Part shown: positions 33,334 through 35,299 of the stretch, in pieces
Layout of the letters: every line of letters starts with the position of its first letter
Numbering within the stretch: the stretch's first letter is position 1
From: a virus
Lineage: Duplodnaviria; Caudoviricetes
Length of the DNA stretch: 35,299 nt
Direction: 5' to 3' (one strand)
IMG/VR virus record: IMGVR_UViG_3300028585_000051
Span: 1-35,299 of that record
Notes under the pieces: generated by a model
The model's input: the letters and a program-made list of their open reading frames with translations, nothing else
Database searches by the model: none
What the model was told of the DNA's origin: nothing
Program-made: the position numbers and the translations under genes

Positions 33334-33612
33334 ATGGAAGAGATGAGCGAGAACGAATTGATTCAGCGCCTGAGCGCTGCCCTAGCTGGCCAGCTCCAGC
33401 CCCCGATCCCGGTGGACATCGATTTGTGGGACGTAGCCACCATCGCCCGGGTGCTCAAGCGCAGCGAAAGCCAGGTGCGCAACAGGCTGATCTGCCTACC
33501 AGACTTTCCGAGAGCGATTCGGCTCCCGGTGGCCGGTGGTGGGCGTGGCCAGCCGCTGTACAGCGCGGCCGAGATCCTGGAATGGGTCAAGAAGTATCAG
33601 GACCGGCATTGA
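33334..33612 (+). CDS. Excisionase/AlpA-like DNA-binding protein
   Basis: LWDVATIARVLKRSESQVRNRL...PDFPRAIRLP...PLYSAAEILEW; last gene of the PL operon, next to int. Confidence 0.75.
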   Translation: MEEMSENELIQRLSAALAGQLQPPIPVDIDLWDVATIARVLKRSESQVRNRLICLPDFPRAIRLPVAGGGRGQPLYSAAEILEWVKKYQDRH

Positions 33613-33620
33613 ATCATGAA

Positions 33621-33652
33621 GGCGACATAGAGTTAAGCATATCTATGTCGCC
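33621..33652. terminator. Perfect 11-bp inverted repeat between convergent genes
   Basis: GGCGACATAGA-GTTAAGCATA-TCTATGTCGCC. Confidence 0.55.
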
Positions 33653-33660
33653 GCAATTTA

Positions 33661-33885
33661 TTATGGTTTCTGTTTTACCCATTGAGCGTACTGATCGCCC
33701 CATTCATCGACGGCTTTCTCATCGATAAAGTTCAGAAGGCGATCAACCAAATCTTCATTGCTAGGCAGGTCGGCGTCGTTGACTCCTTTTGCCTTCAAGT
33801 TCTCGTAAATTGGTTTGAGGACTTCACGCAGTGCCTCGGCGTCAATCGAGCGTTCTTTAGTTATTGATCCTTTTACGCGCCCCAT
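33661..33885 (-). CDS. Small low-GC hypothetical protein (moron-like) between xis and int
   Basis: 74 aa, AGGGAG RBS, AT-rich upstream region, hairpin downstream. Confidence 0.6.
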   Translation of the reverse strand: MGRVKGSITKERSIDAEALREVLKPIYENLKAKGVNDADLPSNEDLVDRLLNFIDEKAVDEWGDQYAQWVKQKP

Positions 33886-33989
33886 TTTCTCTCCCTATTG
33901 GTTTGGACTATTAAAGCTGGATGGATATCTAAAAAGCAAAACTGCTGTCGGATAATACATTTCTTCAATGAAAATGGCGAGCGCCACGT

Positions 33990-34994
33990 TCAGTCGAGCC
34001 GCGCCGCTATGTCCTCGGCAGATTCGTTGTAATAAATCTGCAGCTTCTTCAAGTCCTTGTGGCCAGTCATCCTGGCCAAATCCAGCACGTGCAGCTTTTT
34101 CGCCAATCGGGTGATTGCCAGGTGCCGAGTGTCGTGGAAGGTGGCGCCGTCGACCATGGCACGATTTCTGGACTTCCTGAATAGCGCGTCCACTGTCGCC
34201 GGCGTCAGGTCGAACAGGGTGCCGCCTTCCTCAGGTTCCGGTAGAAGCTTGAGCAGCGCCACCGCGCGCGATGACAACGGCACGTCACGCTTGGTGCCGT
34301 TCTTCGTGCGGGGCAGGGTGGCGACACGCCCGTTTACATGCGCCGCGGTCAGGCCGCAGATCTCGCCGGCGCGCATGGCCGTCTCGATCGCGAACAGGAA
34401 GGCGATGCCCACGCGCTGGGTCGTCGTTTCGATGGGTGTGGCCTGGTCGACCTCGATCCCCATGGCTGCGCAGAGCCGATCGATTTCATCCGCCGTGTAC
34501 AGGCGATCGCGCGGCGGCGGGTCTGCCGGCCGGCGCACATCCGTGGTGGGCGACTTCGCGATCCACTTCCATTCACGCACCGCGCTAGCGAACACGTGCG
34601 ACAGCAGGTTCAGGTCCCGATTGACCGACGAGCCTTTCACGGTCGTCAGCCGCTGGTCGCGCCACTTGCCGAGCACCTCGGGCGTGATGTCGGCCAACTT
34701 CCATTCTTTCAGCGCCTTGCCGTCCACCACCATGCGCCCGATCGCGACCAAGCGAATCGACTCCTTGTCGGCGCCACGCTTGTGCGCCGAAACTTCCTTC
34801 TCGTAGCGCTCGAAGGCAGCCTGGACAGTTCGGCCCCGCTGGACGCCGGTTGCCTTCTCGGTGCGGATCTCGGTTTCACGCGCTGCTGCCCAGGCCGAAG
34901 CCTCGGCTTTCGTGGCCACCGTCCGCGACTCGCGCACGCCCTGGACCGCAATCTGGATGCGCCAGCCTCCTGTTACCTTGGCGATCGACGCCAT
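33990..34994 (-). CDS. int: Tyrosine recombinase (phage integrase)
   Basis: ETAMRAGEI (R), TKNG (K), FHDTRH (HxxR), TGHKD (H), IYYN (Y); adjacent to the tRNA att. Confidence 0.96.
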   Translation of the reverse strand: MASIAKVTGGWRIQIAVQGVRESRTVATKAEASAWAAARETEIRTEKATGVQRGRTVQAAFERYEKEVSAHKRGADKESIRLVAIGRMVVDGKALKEWKLADITPEVLGKWRDQRLTTVKGSSVNRDLNLLSHVFASAVREWKWIAKSPTTDVRRPADPPPRDRLYTADEIDRLCAAMGIEVDQATPIETTTQRVGIAFLFAIETAMRAGEICGLTAAHVNGRVATLPRTKNGTKRDVPLSSRAVALLKLLPEPEEGGTLFDLTPATVDALFRKSRNRAMVDGATFHDTRHLAITRLAKKLHVLDLARMTGHKDLKKLQIYYNESAEDIAARLD

Positions 34995-35017
34995 GTCATT
35001 CTCCTATCGTCTGCAGT

Positions 35018-35051
35018 ACGCGCGTAATTATCGCGTAAAACGCGCGTAATT
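35018..35051. repeat. Putative integrase arm-type binding sites
   Basis: CGCGTAA three times at 35021, 35032 and 35043 (11-bp period); a related TGCGTAAAA lies at 679 near the other att. Confidence 0.6.
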
Positions 35052-35115
35052 GAGGTGGTAAAGAAGAGGGGAAAGGATGAAAAAAGGTGCCAAGCGACGC
35101 AAGCAGAAATGTGCT

Positions 35116-35128
35116 CAAGTCGTTGATT
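35116..35128 (-). promoter_or_regulatory. IHF-binding site in the att arm
   Basis: Minus strand AATCAACGACTTG matches WATCAANNNNTTR and lies between the arm repeats and the core. Confidence 0.6.
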
Positions 35129-35172
35129 TGGTGGGGAAAGATGAGGCAAAGAGCAGAAAGGGGAAGTGCATC

Positions 35173-35191
35173 GTGGTGCCCGGAGCCGGAA
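35173..35191. repeat. att core (right junction, overlapping the tRNA 3' end)
   Basis: Identical to 624..642. Confidence 0.93.
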
Positions 35192-35260
35192 TCGAACCGG
35201 CACGCCATTACTGGCGGGAGATTTTAAGTCTCCAGTGTCTACCAGTTTCACCATCCGGGC
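35174..35260 (-). tRNA. tRNA-Leu (anticodon TAA), 87 nt with encoded CCA
   Basis: GCCCGGATGGTGAAACTGGTAGACACTGGAGACTTAAAATCTCCCGCCAGTAATGGCGTGCCGGTTCGATTCCGGCTCCGGGCACCA: anticodon arm GGAGA-CTTAAAA-TCTCC, long variable arm, GTTCGA T-loop. Confidence 0.97.
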
Positions 35261-35299
35261 AGCGACCGCGATTCTAGCACAGGCGTGCTCGTTTAAGGG

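Larger units (their letters stand above)
624..35191. mobile_element. Complete temperate prophage (lambdoid regulation, P22-like head, podovirus-type tail) integrated in tRNA-Leu(TAA)
   Basis: Bounded by a 19-bp direct repeat matching the tRNA 3' end. Contains integrase, cI/cro, replication, Q-like, terminase, portal, coat, tail, ejection and lysis genes with no obvious disruption of core genes. Unit length 35173-624 = 34,549 bp. Confidence 0.95.

Noticed and set aside
34973-35277. ORFs 34973..35254, 34996..35208 and 35077..35277
   Set aside because: They overlap the tRNA-Leu gene and att arm; spurious.

Overview
Almost the whole window (624..35191) is one apparently intact ~34.5 kb temperate podovirus-type prophage integrated at the 3' end of a tRNA-Leu(TAA) gene (35174..35260, minus strand). 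A 19-bp direct repeat, GTGGTGCCCGGAGCCGGAA, marks both ends. The host is probably a GC-rich betaproteobacterium (Oxalobacteraceae/Massilia-like; inference). Reading from the right end: a tyrosine integrase; an early operon on + (Bet, YqaJ exonuclease, SSB-like protein, NinB, DUF551 mosaic, DUF1643, Xis-like); a lambdoid cI/cro switch with six readable 17-bp operator-like sites and accessory genes behind cI; replication initiator with iterons plus a DnaC-like loader; a Q-like antiterminator and a pR'-like late promoter; TerS/TerL and P22-like portal, scaffold and coat; a tail/ejection module that resembles LUZ24/PaP3-type phages; and a holin-GH73 endolysin-lipoprotein-DUF1353 lysis cassette. 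At the far left sits an independently transcribed moron encoding a secreted bulb-type (GNA/Llp-like) lectin with a Cys-rich tail. The most interesting items are this lectin moron, a lysis cassette with no recognisable i-spanin, a signal-peptide-bearing repeat protein inside the head genes, two convergent antisense gene overlaps, two structured non-coding segments, in-frame linker repeats in early mosaic genes, and a relic tmRNA/tRNA-like 3' end near the left att. All family assignments come from motif recognition by eye, not database searches.
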